DNA of 64,000 nucleotides from the NCBI RefSeq assembly GCF_003334315.1, contig NZ_QOWR01000006.1, one strand, 5' to 3'. The DNA is from Escherichia coli (GTDB lineage: Bacteria; Pseudomonadota; Gammaproteobacteria; Enterobacterales; Enterobacteriaceae). Each line of letters begins with the position of its first letter. The first letter of the stretch is position 1. Positions 11,487-22,086 of the stretch are shown here, one piece after another. The notes under the pieces are model-generated. The model worked only from the letters and a program-made list of their open reading frames with translations, was not told the origin of the DNA and searched no databases. Position numbers and translations under genes: made by a program.

Positions 11487-11504
11487 TTCCTCTCGGGTAC
11501 GTAC

Positions 11505-11538
11505 GCCCCTGTCAGTTGCTGGCAGGGGCGTTTTCTTT
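11505..11538 (+). terminator. Intrinsic terminator after yfcZ
   Basis: GCCCCTG-tcagttgctgg-CAGGGGC followed by GTTTTCTTTTC. Confidence 0.65.
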
Positions 11539-11623
11539 TCTCTTCTTCTTTTCTCTCTGTGTCATAGCTCCCACTTTCCCTTTTCTCCACTTGGCTAAAT
11601 GTAAAAAAATGGTTAAGACTATG

Positions 11624-11638
11624 ATCAGGTCAGACCAC
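11624..11638 (+). promoter_or_regulatory. FadR operator in the fadIJ promoter
   Basis: ATCAGGTCAGACCAC about 30 bp upstream of the fadI ATG. Confidence 0.7.
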
Positions 11639-11666
11639 TTTATTTATTTTTTTACAGGGGAGTGTT

Positions 11667-12977
11667 ATGGGTCAGGTTTTACCGCTGGTTACCCGCCAGG
11701 GCGATCGTATCGCCATTGTTAGCGGTTTACGTACGCCTTTTGCCCGTCAGGCGACGGCTTTTCATGGCATTCCCGCGGTTGATTTAGGGAAGATGGTGGT
11801 AGGCGAACTGCTGGCACGCAGCGAGATCCCCGCTGAAGTGATTGAACAACTGGTCTTTGGTCAGGTCGTACAAATGCCAGAAGCCCCCAACATTGCGCGT
11901 GAAATTGTTCTCGGTACGGGAATGAATGTGCATACCGATGCTTACAGCGTCAGCCGCGCTTGCGCTACCAGTTTCCAGGCAGTTGCAAACGTCGCAGAAA
12001 GCCTGATGGCGGGAACTATCCGAGCGGGGATTGCCGGTGGGGCAGATTCCTCTTCGGTATTGCCAATTGGCGTCAGTAAAAAACTGGCGCGCGTGCTGGT
12101 TGATGTCAACAAAGCTCGAACCATGAGCCAGCGACTGAAACTCTTCTCTCGCCTGCGTTTGCGCGACTTAATGCCCGTACCGCCTGCGGTAGCAGAATAT
12201 TCTACCGGCTTGCGGATGGGCGACACCGCAGAGCAAATGGCGAAAACCTACGGCATCACCCGAGAACAGCAAGATGCATTAGCGCACCGTTCGCATCAGC
12301 GTGCCGCTCAGGCATGGTCAGACGGAAAACTCAAAGAAGAGGTGATGACTGCCTTTATCCCTCCTTATAAACAACCGCTTGTCGAAGACAACAATATTCG
12401 CGGTAATTCCTCGCTTGCCGATTACGCAAAGCTGCGCCCGGCGTTTGATCGCAAACACGGAACGGTAACGGCGGCAAACAGTACGCCGCTGACCGATGGC
12501 GCGGCAGCGGTGATCCTGATGACTGAATCCCGGGCGAAAGAATTAGGGCTGGTGCCGCTGGGGTATCTGCGCAGCTACGCATTTACTGCGATTGATGTCT
12601 GGCAGGACATGTTGCTCGGTCCAGCCTGGTCAACACCGCTGGCGCTGGAGCGTGCCGGTTTGACGATGAGCGATCTGACATTGATCGATATGCACGAAGC
12701 CTTTGCAGCTCAGACGCTGGCGAATATTCAGTTGCTGGGTAGTGAACGTTTTGCTCGTGATGTACTGGGGCGTGCACATGCCACTGGCGAAGTGGACGAT
12801 AGCAAATTTAACGTGCTTGGCGGTTCGATTGCTTACGGACATCCCTTCGCGGCGACCGGCGCACGGATGATTACCCAGACATTGCATGAACTTCGCCGTC
12901 GCGGCGGTGGATTTGGTTTAGTTACCGCCTGTGCTGCCGGTGGGCTTGGCGCGGCAATGGTTCTGGAGGCGGAATAA
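11667..12977 (+). CDS. fadI: 3-ketoacyl-CoA thiolase (anaerobic beta-oxidation)
   Basis: 436-aa ORF with thiolase motifs; stop overlaps the fadJ start (TAATG). Confidence 0.92.
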   Translation: MGQVLPLVTRQGDRIAIVSGLRTPFARQATAFHGIPAVDLGKMVVGELLARSEIPAEVIEQLVFGQVVQMPEAPNIAREIVLGTGMNVHTDAYSVSRACATSFQAVANVAESLMAGTIRAGIAGGADSSSVLPIGVSKKLARVLVDVNKARTMSQRLKLFSRLRLRDLMPVPPAVAEYSTGLRMGDTAEQMAKTYGITREQQDALAHRSHQRAAQAWSDGKLKEEVMTAFIPPYKQPLVEDNNIRGNSSLADYAKLRPAFDRKHGTVTAANSTPLTDGAAAVILMTESRAKELGLVPLGYLRSYAFTAIDVWQDMLLGPAWSTPLALERAGLTMSDLTLIDMHEAFAAQTLANIQLLGSERFARDVLGRAHATGEVDDSKFNVLGGSIAYGHPFAATGARMITQTLHELRRRGGGFGLVTACAAGGLGAAMVLEAE

Positions 12978-15121
12978 TGGAAATGGCATCAGCGTTTACT
13001 CTTAATGTTCGTCTGGACAACATTGCTATCATCACCATCGACGTACCGGATGAGAAAATGAATACCCTGAAGGCGGAATTTGCCTCGCAGGTGCGCGCCA
13101 TTATTAAGCAACTCCGTGAAAACAAAGAGTTGCGCGGCGTGGTGTTTATCTCCGCGAAACCGGACAATTTTATCGCCGGAGCAGACATCAACATGATCGG
13201 CAACTGCAAAACGGCGCAAGAAGCGGAAGCTCTGGCGCGGCAGGGCCAACAGTTGATGGCGGAGATTCATGCTTTGCCCATTCCGGTTATCGCGGCTATT
13301 CATGGCGCTTGCCTGGGTGGTGGGCTGGAGTTGGCGCTGGCGTGCCACGGTCGCGTTTGTACTGACGATCCTAAAACGGTGCTCGGTTTGCCTGAAGTAC
13401 AACTTGGATTGTTACCCGGTTCAGGCGGCACCCAGCGTTTACCGCGTCTGATAGGCGTCAGTACAGCATTAGAGATGATTCTCACCGGAAAACAACTTCG
13501 GGCGAAACAGGCATTAAAGCTGGGGCTGGTGGATGACGTTGTTCCGCACTCCATTTTGCTGGAAGCCGCTGTTGAGCTGGCGAAGAAGGATCGCCCATCT
13601 TCCCGCCCTCTACCTGTACGCGAGCGTATTCTGGCGGGGCCGTTAGGTCGTGCGCTGCTGTTCAAAATGGTCGGCAAGAAAACAGAACACAAAACTCAAG
13701 GCAATTATCCGGCGACAGAACGCATCCTGGAGGTTGTTGAAACGGGATTAGCGCAGGGCACCAGCAGCGGCTATGACGCTGAAGCTCGCGCCTTTGGCGA
13801 ACTGGCGATGACGCCGCAATCGCAGGCTCTGCGTAGTATCTTTTTTGCCAGTACGGACGTGAAGAAAGATCCCGGTAGTGATGCACCGCCTGCGCCATTA
13901 AACAGCGTGGGAATTTTAGGTGGTGGCTTGATGGGCGGCGGTATTGCTTATGTCACTGCTTGTAAAGCGGGGCTTCCGGTCAGAATTAAAGATATCAACC
14001 CGCAGGGCATAAATCATGCGCTGAAGTACAGTTGGGATCAGCTGGAGGGCAAAGTTCGCCGTCGTCATCTCAAAGCCAGCGAACGTGACAAACAGCTGGC
14101 ATTAATCTCCGGAACGACGGACTATCGCGGCTTTGCCCATCGCGATCTGATTATTGAAGCGGTGTTTGAAAATCTCGAATTAAAACAACAGATGGTGACG
14201 GAAGTGGAGCAAAATTGCGCCGCTCATACCATCTTTGCTTCGAATACGTCATCTCTACCGATTGGTGATATCGCCGCTCACGCCGCGCGACCTGAGCAAG
14301 TTATTGGCCTGCATTTCTTCAGTCCGGTGGAAAAAATGCCGCTGGTGGAGATTATTCCTCATGCGGGGACATCGGCGCAAACCATCGCTACCACAGTAAA
14401 ACTGGCGAAAAAACAGGGTAAAACGCCAATTGTCGTGCGTGACAAAGCCGGTTTTTACGTCAATCGCATCTTAGCGCCTTACATTAATGAAGCTATCCGC
14501 ATGTTGACCCAAGGTGAACGGGTAGAGCACATTGATGCCGCGCTAGTGAAATTTGGTTTTCCGGTAGGCCCAATCCAACTTTTGGATGAGGTAGGAATCG
14601 ACACCGGGACTAAAATTATTCCTGTACTGGAAGCCGCTTATGGAGAACGTTTTAGCGCGCCTGCAAATGTTGTTTCTTCAATTTTGAACGACGATCGCAA
14701 AGGCAGAAAAAATGGCCGGGGTTTCTATCTTTATGGTCAGAAAGGGCGTAAAAGCAAAAAACAGGTCGATCCCGCCATTTACCCGCTGATTGGCACACAA
14801 GGGCAGGGGCGAATCTCCGCACCGCAGGTTGCTGAACGGTGTGTGATGTTGATGCTGAATGAAGCAGTACGTTGTGTTGATGAGCAGGTTATCCGTAGCG
14901 TGCGTGACGGGGATATTGGCGCGGTATTTGGCATTGGTTTTCCGCCATTTCTCGGTGGACCGTTCCGCTATATCGATTCTCTCGGCGCGGGCGAAGTGGT
15001 TGCAATAATGCAACGACTTGCCACGCAGTATGGTTCCCGTTTTACCCCTTGCGAGCGTTTGGTCGAGATGGGCGCGCGTGGGGAAAGTTTTTGGAAAACA
15101 ACTGCAACTGACCTGCAATAA
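12977..15121 (+). CDS. fadJ: Multifunctional enoyl-CoA hydratase / 3-hydroxyacyl-CoA dehydrogenase
   Basis: 714-aa ORF; crotonase-fold N-terminal half and NAD-binding GGGxMG motif in the second half. Confidence 0.92.
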   Translation: MEMASAFTLNVRLDNIAIITIDVPDEKMNTLKAEFASQVRAIIKQLRENKELRGVVFISAKPDNFIAGADINMIGNCKTAQEAEALARQGQQLMAEIHALPIPVIAAIHGACLGGGLELALACHGRVCTDDPKTVLGLPEVQLGLLPGSGGTQRLPRLIGVSTALEMILTGKQLRAKQALKLGLVDDVVPHSILLEAAVELAKKDRPSSRPLPVRERILAGPLGRALLFKMVGKKTEHKTQGNYPATERILEVVETGLAQGTSSGYDAEARAFGELAMTPQSQALRSIFFASTDVKKDPGSDAPPAPLNSVGILGGGLMGGGIAYVTACKAGLPVRIKDINPQGINHALKYSWDQLEGKVRRRHLKASERDKQLALISGTTDYRGFAHRDLIIEAVFENLELKQQMVTEVEQNCAAHTIFASNTSSLPIGDIAAHAARPEQVIGLHFFSPVEKMPLVEIIPHAGTSAQTIATTVKLAKKQGKTPIVVRDKAGFYVNRILAPYINEAIRMLTQGERVEHIDAALVKFGFPVGPIQLLDEVGIDTGTKIIPVLEAAYGERFSAPANVVSSILNDDRKGRKNGRGFYLYGQKGRKSKKQVDPAIYPLIGTQGQGRISAPQVAERCVMLMLNEAVRCVDEQVIRSVRDGDIGAVFGIGFPPFLGGPFRYIDSLGAGEVVAIMQRLATQYGSRFTPCERLVEMGARGESFWKTTATDLQ

Positions 15122-15323
15122 GAAGGTCAAAGCTATATGAATCCGCGCTGAATGGCGGAGTGTTGGTCAAAATGTAAACGCATATTGACTATACTTACGC
15201 CATTGAGGTAAAAAACAGCGTTTCATTCGGTGAATGGATAAGGCACAATGCCGGCCACCGTTTTCTTTCTCTGGTTTCAGATGAAAGAAAACGGGCGAAT
15301 CTGGTTAACAAAAGCGGTGCAAT

Positions 15324-15809
15324 ATGCAAGTTTTTATCATGCGTCACGGCGACGCAGCCCTCGATGCCGCCAGTGATTCCGTTCGTCCTCTGACCACTAA
15401 TGGTTGTGACGAATCTCGCCTGATGGCGAACTGGCTGAAAGGTCAAAAAGTGGAAATCGAACGCGTTCTGGTGAGCCCGTTCCTGCGAGCCGAGCAAACA
15501 CTGGAAGAAGTAGGGGATTGTCTGAACCTGCCTTCCAGTGCAGAAGTTCTGCCGGAGTTAACGCCCTGCGGCGATGTTGGTCTGGTCAGTGCCTATTTAC
15601 AGGCGTTGACCAATGAAGGTGTTGCTTCGGTACTGGTGATCTCTCACTTACCGTTAGTCGGGTATCTGGTTGCCGAGTTATGTCCGGGCGAAACGCCGCC
15701 TATGTTTACCACCTCGGCCATTGCCAGCGTAACGCTTGATGAAAGCGGAAACGGCACATTCAACTGGCAGATGAGCCCGTGTAATCTGAAGATGGCAAAA
15801 GCTATCTGA
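15324..15809 (+). CDS. sixA: Phosphohistidine phosphatase
   Basis: 161-aa ORF starting MQVFIMRHGDA (RHG histidine-phosphatase motif). Confidence 0.9.
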   Translation: MQVFIMRHGDAALDAASDSVRPLTTNGCDESRLMANWLKGQKVEIERVLVSPFLRAEQTLEEVGDCLNLPSSAEVLPELTPCGDVGLVSAYLQALTNEGVASVLVISHLPLVGYLVAELCPGETPPMFTTSAIASVTLDESGNGTFNWQMSPCNLKMAKAI

Positions 15810-15820
15810 TGAGTTCCAAA

Positions 15821-15853
15821 TTATGCCCAATGAGGTAGATTCATTGGGCATAA
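15821..15853 (+). terminator. Perfect 13-bp stem-loop just after sixA (possible terminator)
   Basis: TTATGCCCAATGA-ggtagat-TCATTGGGCATAA; weak U-tract. Confidence 0.45.
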
Positions 15854-16489
15854 TTGCTCATCAGGCAGCGGATATCTGTCAACCTCACTACTATCGAAGA
15901 CTCTCCCCATCTATAAATAAAACACCTTTAACTTTCATTCGGAAAGTATTCTTCTGCGCGTATCTTGATTTTGCCCAAAGTTACATGTTGAAATGAATAA
16001 TGTCTGTTTGACACTCATTATCATTTATTAATACAGATAATGGAGAAAATAGAGTTGAATAATCAGGCAGGACGTAATTGAAACTTGATTAAATTCTGGC
16101 TATAGTGTTTATATATTATATCGACAAAAGCGGGTTAATGCCAATCGCATTATATGTTCATTGTTTGTTTTTTAAGCTATTGGCATTCATTGTTGATATG
16201 CTTCCTGTTTTTTCTAAATATATATTTCGTGTTTTTTTAGAAGATCCTTAAGATAATCTTTCCCCTATCAATATATTAATTAAATCTACATTTACTCATT
16301 AGTAAAATTAAATTGAATCAGGGGAGTGAAAACATCACTATTCGACCCCACACCAACGAATACATTTTTTACGACCTGTTTTTTTGGATCGCATGCCGTA
16401 TTCAATGGCTGGGTATAAACATTGGCTATTGACTGAATCAATGTATTGCAATGTTTATATTTTAATTATTTATAGTTTAAGGACAAATA

Positions 16490-17053
16490 ATGAGTAAGTT
16501 TGTTAAAACAGCTATTGCTGCGGCAATGGTGATGGGCGCGTTCACCTCTACGGCAACAATCGCTGCGGGTAACAACGGTACTGCACGTTTTTACGGCACC
16601 ATTGAAGACTCAGTGTGTTCTATCGTTCCGGACGATCACAAACTGGAAGTTGATATGGGTGATATCGGTGCCGAAAAACTGAAAAATAACGGCACCACCA
16701 CGCCGAAAAATTTCCAGATTCGCCTGCAAGATTGCGTATTTGATACTCAGGAAACAATGACCACTACCTTTACTGGTACCGTTTCTTCTGCAAATAGCGG
16801 CAATTATTACACCATTTTCAATACCGATACCGGTGCGGCATTTAACAATGTTAGCCTGGCGATCGGTGACTCTCTGGGTACCTCTTACAAAAGCGGCATG
16901 GGTATTGACCAGAAAATCGTGAAAGATACTGCCACTAATAAAGGCAAAGCGAAGCAGACTCTGAACTTTAAAGCCTGGCTGGTCGGCGCAGCTGATGCGC
17001 CAGATCTGGGTAATTTCGAAGCAAATACCACCTTCCAGATTACTTACCTGTAA
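16490..17053 (+). CDS. yfcV: Fimbrial major subunit (chaperone-usher pilin)
   Basis: 187-aa ORF, signal peptide, pilin-like composition; first gene of the operon. Confidence 0.85.
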   Translation: MSKFVKTAIAAAMVMGAFTSTATIAAGNNGTARFYGTIEDSVCSIVPDDHKLEVDMGDIGAEKLKNNGTTTPKNFQIRLQDCVFDTQETMTTTFTGTVSSANSGNYYTIFNTDTGAAFNNVSLAIGDSLGTSYKSGMGIDQKIVKDTATNKGKAKQTLNFKAWLVGAADAPDLGNFEANTTFQITYL

Positions 17054-17134
17054 GGCATACCCCCATAGCGACACTGCTATGGGGTATTTAAATGGATTTT
17101 GACCGAACAAGAATAAAAACGGATAAAAACGTGT

Positions 17135-19780
17135 ATGCCTGACCATTCTCTTTTTCGATTACGGATTCTTCCGTGGTGCATTGCGCTGGCAATGTCAGGG
17201 AGTTATAGCAGTGTCTGGGCTGAAGACGACATTCAGTTTGATTCCCGTTTTCTGGAATTAAAAGGCGACACAAAAATTGATCTGAAGCGTTTTTCCAGCC
17301 AGGGGTATGTTGAGCCCGGAAAATACAATTTACAGGTTCAACTAAATAAACAGCCATTGGCGGAAGAGTACGATATTTACTGGTATGCTGGTGAAGATGA
17401 CGTTAGCAAAAGCTATGCTTGTCTGACACCGGAACTGGTGGCGCAGTTTGGTTTAAAAGAAGACGTGGCGAAAAATCTGCAATGGAGCCACGATGGTAAA
17501 TGCCTGAAGCCCGGTCAACTGGAAGGCATGGAAATTAAGGCTGATTTAAGCCAGTCCGCATTAGTCATTTCACTACCGCAGGCTTACCTCGAATATACCT
17601 GGCCCGACTGGGATCCACCTTCTCGTTGGGATGATGGCATCTCCGGGATCATTGCGGACTACAGCATCACTGCGCAAACACGACACGAAGAAAATGGCGG
17701 CGATGACAGTAACGAGATCAGCGGCAACGGGACGGTCGGGGTTAACCTGGGGCCATGGCGTATGCGCGCTGACTGGCAGACCAACTATCAACATACGCGC
17801 AGTAATGATGATGACGATGAATTTGGCGGCGATGACACACAAAAAAAATGGGAGTGGAGTCGCTATTATGCCTGGCGGGCGTTACCGTCATTAAAAGCCA
17901 AACTGGCGCTGGGCGAAGATTACCTCAATTCCGATATTTTCGACGGTTTTAATTATGTTGGTGGCAGTGTCAGCACTGACGATCAAATGTTGCCTCCCAA
18001 CCTGCGCGGCTACGCGCCAGACATTTCCGGCGTGGCACACACCACAGCAAAAGTGACCGTCAGCCAGATGGGGCGTGTGATTTACGAAACGCAGGTTCCG
18101 GCTGGACCGTTTCGTATTCAGGATCTTGGTGATTCCGTCTCCGGTACGTTGCATATTCGCATTGAAGAACAGAACGGCCAGGTGCAGGAATATGACATCA
18201 GCACCGCCTCGATGCCATACCTCACTCGCCCAGGCCAGGTTCGCTATAAGATCATGATGGGACGTCCGCAAGAGTGGGGCCACCATGTCGAGGGGGGATT
18301 TTTCTCTGGTGCTGAAGCCTCCTGGGGCATCGCTAACGGCTGGTCGTTATATGGCGGTGCGCTGGGTGATGAAAACTATCAGTCTGCGGCGCTGGGCGTC
18401 GGTCGCGATTTGTCTACCTTCGGCGCGGTCGCGTTTGATGTTACTCATTCGCATACCAAACTGGATAAAGACACCGCTTATGGCAAAGGTTCGCTGGACG
18501 GTAACTCCTTCCGTGTGAGTTATTCCAAAGACTTTGACCAGCTCAACAGCCGCGTCACTTTCGCTGGATATCGCTTCTCGGAAGAGAACTTTATGACCAT
18601 GAGCGAGTATCTGGATGCCAGTGACAGCGAAATGGTCCGTACGGGCAACGACAAAGAGATGTACACCGCCACTTATAACCAGAACTTCCGCGATGCGGGT
18701 GTTTCGGTTTATCTCAACTATACCCGCCATACCTACTGGGATCGTGAGGAGCAGACAAACTACAACATCATGCTCTCCCACTATTTCAATATGGGCAGCA
18801 TTCGTAATATGAGCGTTTCCCTGACTGGCTACCGCTACGAGTATGACAACCGGGCGGATAAGGGCATGTACATTTCGCTCAGTATGCCGTGGGGCGACAA
18901 CAGTACCGTTAGCTATAACGGCAACTATGGCAGTGGGACGGACAGCAGCCAGGTCGGTTATTTTAGCCGTGTCGATGACGCGACTCACTATCAGTTGAAC
19001 ATCGGCACCAGTGACAAACACACCAGCGTTGATGGCTACTACAGCCATGATGGTTCGCTGGCGCAGGTTGACCTCAGTGCGAACTACCATGAAGGGCAAT
19101 ACACCTCTGCGGGCTTGTCGTTACAGGGCGGCGCAACGCTTACTGCCCACGGCGGCGCACTTCACCGTACCCAGAATATGGGCGGGACACGCCTGCTGAT
19201 TGATGCCGATGGCGTTGCCGATGTTCCGGTGGAAGGTAACGGGGCTGCTGTTTATACCAATATGTTTGGTAAAGCCGTCGTTTCTGACGTTAACAATTAT
19301 TATCGCAATCAGGCGTATATCGACCTCAACAAATTGCCGGAAAACGCCGAAGCAACCCAGTCGGTGGTGCAAGCCACGCTAACTGAAGGAGCCATTGGCT
19401 ACCGCAAATTTGCCGTCATCAGTGGTCAAAAAGCGATGGCGGTGCTGCGTTTACAAGATGGCAGCCATCCACCGTTTGGCGCAGAAGTAAAAAATGATAA
19501 CGAGCAGACAGTGGGCCTTGTCGATGATGACGGTAGTGTCTATCTGGCTGGGGTGAAACCTGGCGAACATATGAGTGTGTTCTGGAGTGGTGTTGCGCAT
19601 TGCGATATCAACCTGCCGGACCCGCTGCCTGCCGATCTGTTTAACGGCTTGTTACTGCCATGCCAGAATAAAGGCAACGTCGCGCCGGTTGTTCCTGATG
19701 ACATAAAGCCTGTCATTCAGGAGCAGACGCAACAGGTGACACCCACCGATCCCCCTGTTTCTGTTTCAGCTAACCAATAA
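17135..19780 (+). CDS. yfcU: Fimbrial usher outer-membrane protein, full length
   Basis: 881-aa uninterrupted ORF with signal peptide; typical usher size, placed between pilin and chaperone. Confidence 0.85.
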   Translation: MPDHSLFRLRILPWCIALAMSGSYSSVWAEDDIQFDSRFLELKGDTKIDLKRFSSQGYVEPGKYNLQVQLNKQPLAEEYDIYWYAGEDDVSKSYACLTPELVAQFGLKEDVAKNLQWSHDGKCLKPGQLEGMEIKADLSQSALVISLPQAYLEYTWPDWDPPSRWDDGISGIIADYSITAQTRHEENGGDDSNEISGNGTVGVNLGPWRMRADWQTNYQHTRSNDDDDEFGGDDTQKKWEWSRYYAWRALPSLKAKLALGEDYLNSDIFDGFNYVGGSVSTDDQMLPPNLRGYAPDISGVAHTTAKVTVSQMGRVIYETQVPAGPFRIQDLGDSVSGTLHIRIEEQNGQVQEYDISTASMPYLTRPGQVRYKIMMGRPQEWGHHVEGGFFSGAEASWGIANGWSLYGGALGDENYQSAALGVGRDLSTFGAVAFDVTHSHTKLDKDTAYGKGSLDGNSFRVSYSKDFDQLNSRVTFAGYRFSEENFMTMSEYLDASDSEMVRTGNDKEMYTATYNQNFRDAGVSVYLNYTRHTYWDREEQTNYNIMLSHYFNMGSIRNMSVSLTGYRYEYDNRADKGMYISLSMPWGDNSTVSYNGNYGSGTDSSQVGYFSRVDDATHYQLNIGTSDKHTSVDGYYSHDGSLAQVDLSANYHEGQYTSAGLSLQGGATLTAHGGALHRTQNMGGTRLLIDADGVADVPVEGNGAAVYTNMFGKAVVSDVNNYYRNQAYIDLNKLPENAEATQSVVQATLTEGAIGYRKFAVISGQKAMAVLRLQDGSHPPFGAEVKNDNEQTVGLVDDDGSVYLAGVKPGEHMSVFWSGVAHCDINLPDPLPADLFNGLLLPCQNKGNVAPVVPDDIKPVIQEQTQQVTPTDPPVSVSANQ

Positions 19781-19799
19781 CGTGATTAAGGAATGATCC

Positions 19800-20552
19800 A
19801 TGTCTGATTTACTTTGCTCTGCCAAATTGGGTGCTATGACGCTGGCGTTACTGCTTAGCGCTACCAGTTTGTCTGCCCTGGCGTCTGTAACGCCAGATCG
19901 TACCCGTTTGATATTTAATGAAAGCGACAAATCAATCAGCGTGACGCTGCGTAATAACGATCCGAAACTCCCTTATCTGGCTCAAAGCTGGATTGAAGAT
20001 GAAAAGGGTAACAAGATCACCTCGCCGTTAACTGTGCTGCCGCCAGTGCAACGCATCGATTCAATGATGAACGGGCAGGTAAAAGTGCAGGGAATGCCGG
20101 ATATCAACAAATTGCCAGCCGATCGTGAAAGCATGTTCTACTTTAACGTGCGCGAGATCCCGCCAAAATCAAACAAACCCAATACCCTGCAAATCGCGCT
20201 GCAAACGCGTATCAAGTTGTTCTGGCGACCAAAGGCGCTGGAAAAGGTCAGTATGAAAAGTCCGTGGCAGCACAAGGTGACGCTCACCCGCAGCGGTCAG
20301 GCATTTACCGTCAATAACCCAACGCCGTACTACGTGATTATCAGCAACGCCAGTGCGCAGAAAAACGGTAATCCAGCTGCAGGGTTCTCGCCTCTGGTCA
20401 TTGAGCCGAAAACCACGGTACCGCTGAATGTGAAAATGGATAGCGTACCGGTGCTGACTTACGTCAACGACTTTGGCGCACGGATGCCGCTGTTCTTCCA
20501 GTGCAATGGCAACAGCTGCCAGGTGGATGAAGAGCAGAGCCGCAAAGGCTGA
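19800..20552 (+). CDS. yfcS: Periplasmic fimbrial chaperone (PapD-like)
   Basis: 250-aa ORF with signal peptide; matches YfcS. Confidence 0.85.
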   Translation: MSDLLCSAKLGAMTLALLLSATSLSALASVTPDRTRLIFNESDKSISVTLRNNDPKLPYLAQSWIEDEKGNKITSPLTVLPPVQRIDSMMNGQVKVQGMPDINKLPADRESMFYFNVREIPPKSNKPNTLQIALQTRIKLFWRPKALEKVSMKSPWQHKVTLTRSGQAFTVNNPTPYYVIISNASAQKNGNPAAGFSPLVIEPKTTVPLNVKMDSVPVLTYVNDFGARMPLFFQCNGNSCQVDEEQSRKG

Positions 20553-21064
20553 TGACGGGGGGAGTTATGAGTCAAAAGTTTGTAGTGGGCGCAGGGCTGC
20601 TGGTATGCAGTGTCTGTAGTTTATCTGCTATGGCTGGTAGTAAACCCGTGGATTTAATTCTGCGCGTGTTGGTCGATGCTCCGCCACCCTGTTCAATCAA
20701 GGGCAGCCAGGTAGAGTTCGGCAATATGATTGCTGATAACGTTGATGGCACCAATTATCGGCAAGATGCGAAATACACGTTGAACTGCACAAACAGTCTT
20801 GCTAACGACTTGCGGATGCAACTTAAGGACAATACCTCAACGATTAACGGCGAAACGGTACTCAGTACCAATATCACCGGGCTGGGCATTCGGATAGAAA
20901 ATAGCGCCGATAACTCATTGTTTGCCGTCGGTGAAAATAGCTGGACGCCATTTAATATCAATAACCAGCCACAGTTGAAGGCTGTACCTGTGAAGGCAAG
21001 CGGGGCGCAACTTGCTGCGGGCGAGTTTAACGCCAGTTTGACCATGGTGGTGGACTATCAATGA
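20552..21064 (+). CDS. yfcR: Fimbrial minor subunit
   Basis: 170-aa ORF; alternative ATG at 20567 has a better SD (GGGGGAG); signal peptide; pilin-like. Confidence 0.75.
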   Translation: MTGGVMSQKFVVGAGLLVCSVCSLSAMAGSKPVDLILRVLVDAPPPCSIKGSQVEFGNMIADNVDGTNYRQDAKYTLNCTNSLANDLRMQLKDNTSTINGETVLSTNITGLGIRIENSADNSLFAVGENSWTPFNINNQPQLKAVPVKASGAQLAAGEFNASLTMVVDYQ

Positions 21065-21549
21065 GAAAGACTTTCTTAACCCTGCTTTGTGTCAGTAGCG
21101 CCATAGCTCATGCTGCTGATGAAGACATCACCTTTCACGGGACATTATTGTCACCGCCAACCTGTAGCATCAGCGGTGGTAAAACCATTGAAGTCGAATT
21201 TCGCGATCTCATTATCGACGACATCAACGGCAACTATGGTCGTAAAGAGGTGCCATATGAACTCACTTGTGACTCGACGACCCGTCATCCAGACTGGGAG
21301 ATGACCCTCACCTGGACTGGTACACAAACCAGTTTTAATGATGCAGCAATTGAAACTGATGTACCCGGTTTTGGTATCGAGCTTCAGCACGATGGTCAGC
21401 GTTTTAAACTCAATACTCCGCTTGCTATCAACGCCACTGATTTTACGCAAAAGCCGAAGCTGGAGGCCGTACCGGTAAAAGCGAGTGATGCTGTGTTAAG
21501 CGATACGAATTTTTCGGCTTACGCAACATTACGGGTGGATTATCAATGA
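21061..21549 (+). CDS. yfcQ: Fimbrial minor subunit
   Basis: 162-aa ORF, signal peptide, overlaps yfcR stop by 4 nt (ATGA). Confidence 0.75.
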   Translation: MRKTFLTLLCVSSAIAHAADEDITFHGTLLSPPTCSISGGKTIEVEFRDLIIDDINGNYGRKEVPYELTCDSTTRHPDWEMTLTWTGTQTSFNDAAIETDVPGFGIELQHDGQRFKLNTPLAINATDFTQKPKLEAVPVKASDAVLSDTNFSAYATLRVDYQ

Positions 21550-22085
21550 ATAAATCAATGATTCAGTCCGGTGGTTACGTCCTGTTAGCGGGGCTGATAT
21601 TGGCAATGAGTAGCACGTTATTCGCGGCAGATAATAATCTGCATTTCTCCGGTAATTTATTAAGTAAATCCTGTGCGCTGGTGGTGGATGGCCAATATCT
21701 GGCAGAGGTGCGCTTTCCCACGGTCAGTCGTCAGGATTTGAACGTTGCAGGCCAGTCCGCTCGTGTACCCGTAGTCTTTAAGCTGAAAGATTGCAAAGGG
21801 CCGGCGGGATACAACGTAAAAGTCACGCTCACGGGGGTAGAAGACAGCGAACAACCCGGTTTTCTGGCACTGGATACGTCATCAACCGCTCAGGGAGTGG
21901 GAATTGGCATGGAAAAAACCGACGGAATGCAGGTTGCCATCAACAATACAAATGGGGCGACCTTTGCGCTAACCAATGGCAATAACGATATCAATTTCAG
22001 AGCCTGGCTACAGGCGAAAAGCGGCCGTGATGTGACGATCGGTGAATTTACCGCCTCTTTAACTGCGACATTTGAGTATATTTAA
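21546..22085 (+). CDS. yfcP: Fimbrial minor subunit
   Basis: 179-aa ORF, signal peptide, 4-nt overlap with yfcQ. Confidence 0.75.
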   Translation: MNKSMIQSGGYVLLAGLILAMSSTLFAADNNLHFSGNLLSKSCALVVDGQYLAEVRFPTVSRQDLNVAGQSARVPVVFKLKDCKGPAGYNVKVTLTGVEDSEQPGFLALDTSSTAQGVGIGMEKTDGMQVAINNTNGATFALTNGNNDINFRAWLQAKSGRDVTIGEFTASLTATFEYI

Positions 22086-22086
22086 A

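Noticed and set aside
16138..16190. Possible invertible phase-variation switch upstream of yfcV
   Set aside because: The 9-bp inverted repeats are only about 35 bp apart, far too short for a fim-like invertible element, and there is no recombinase gene nearby.
18347..19099. 250-aa ORF antisense inside the usher gene yfcU
   Set aside because: It is fully internal to a confidently called 881-aa usher ORF and its composition is Val/Ala/Ile-rich antisense-type.
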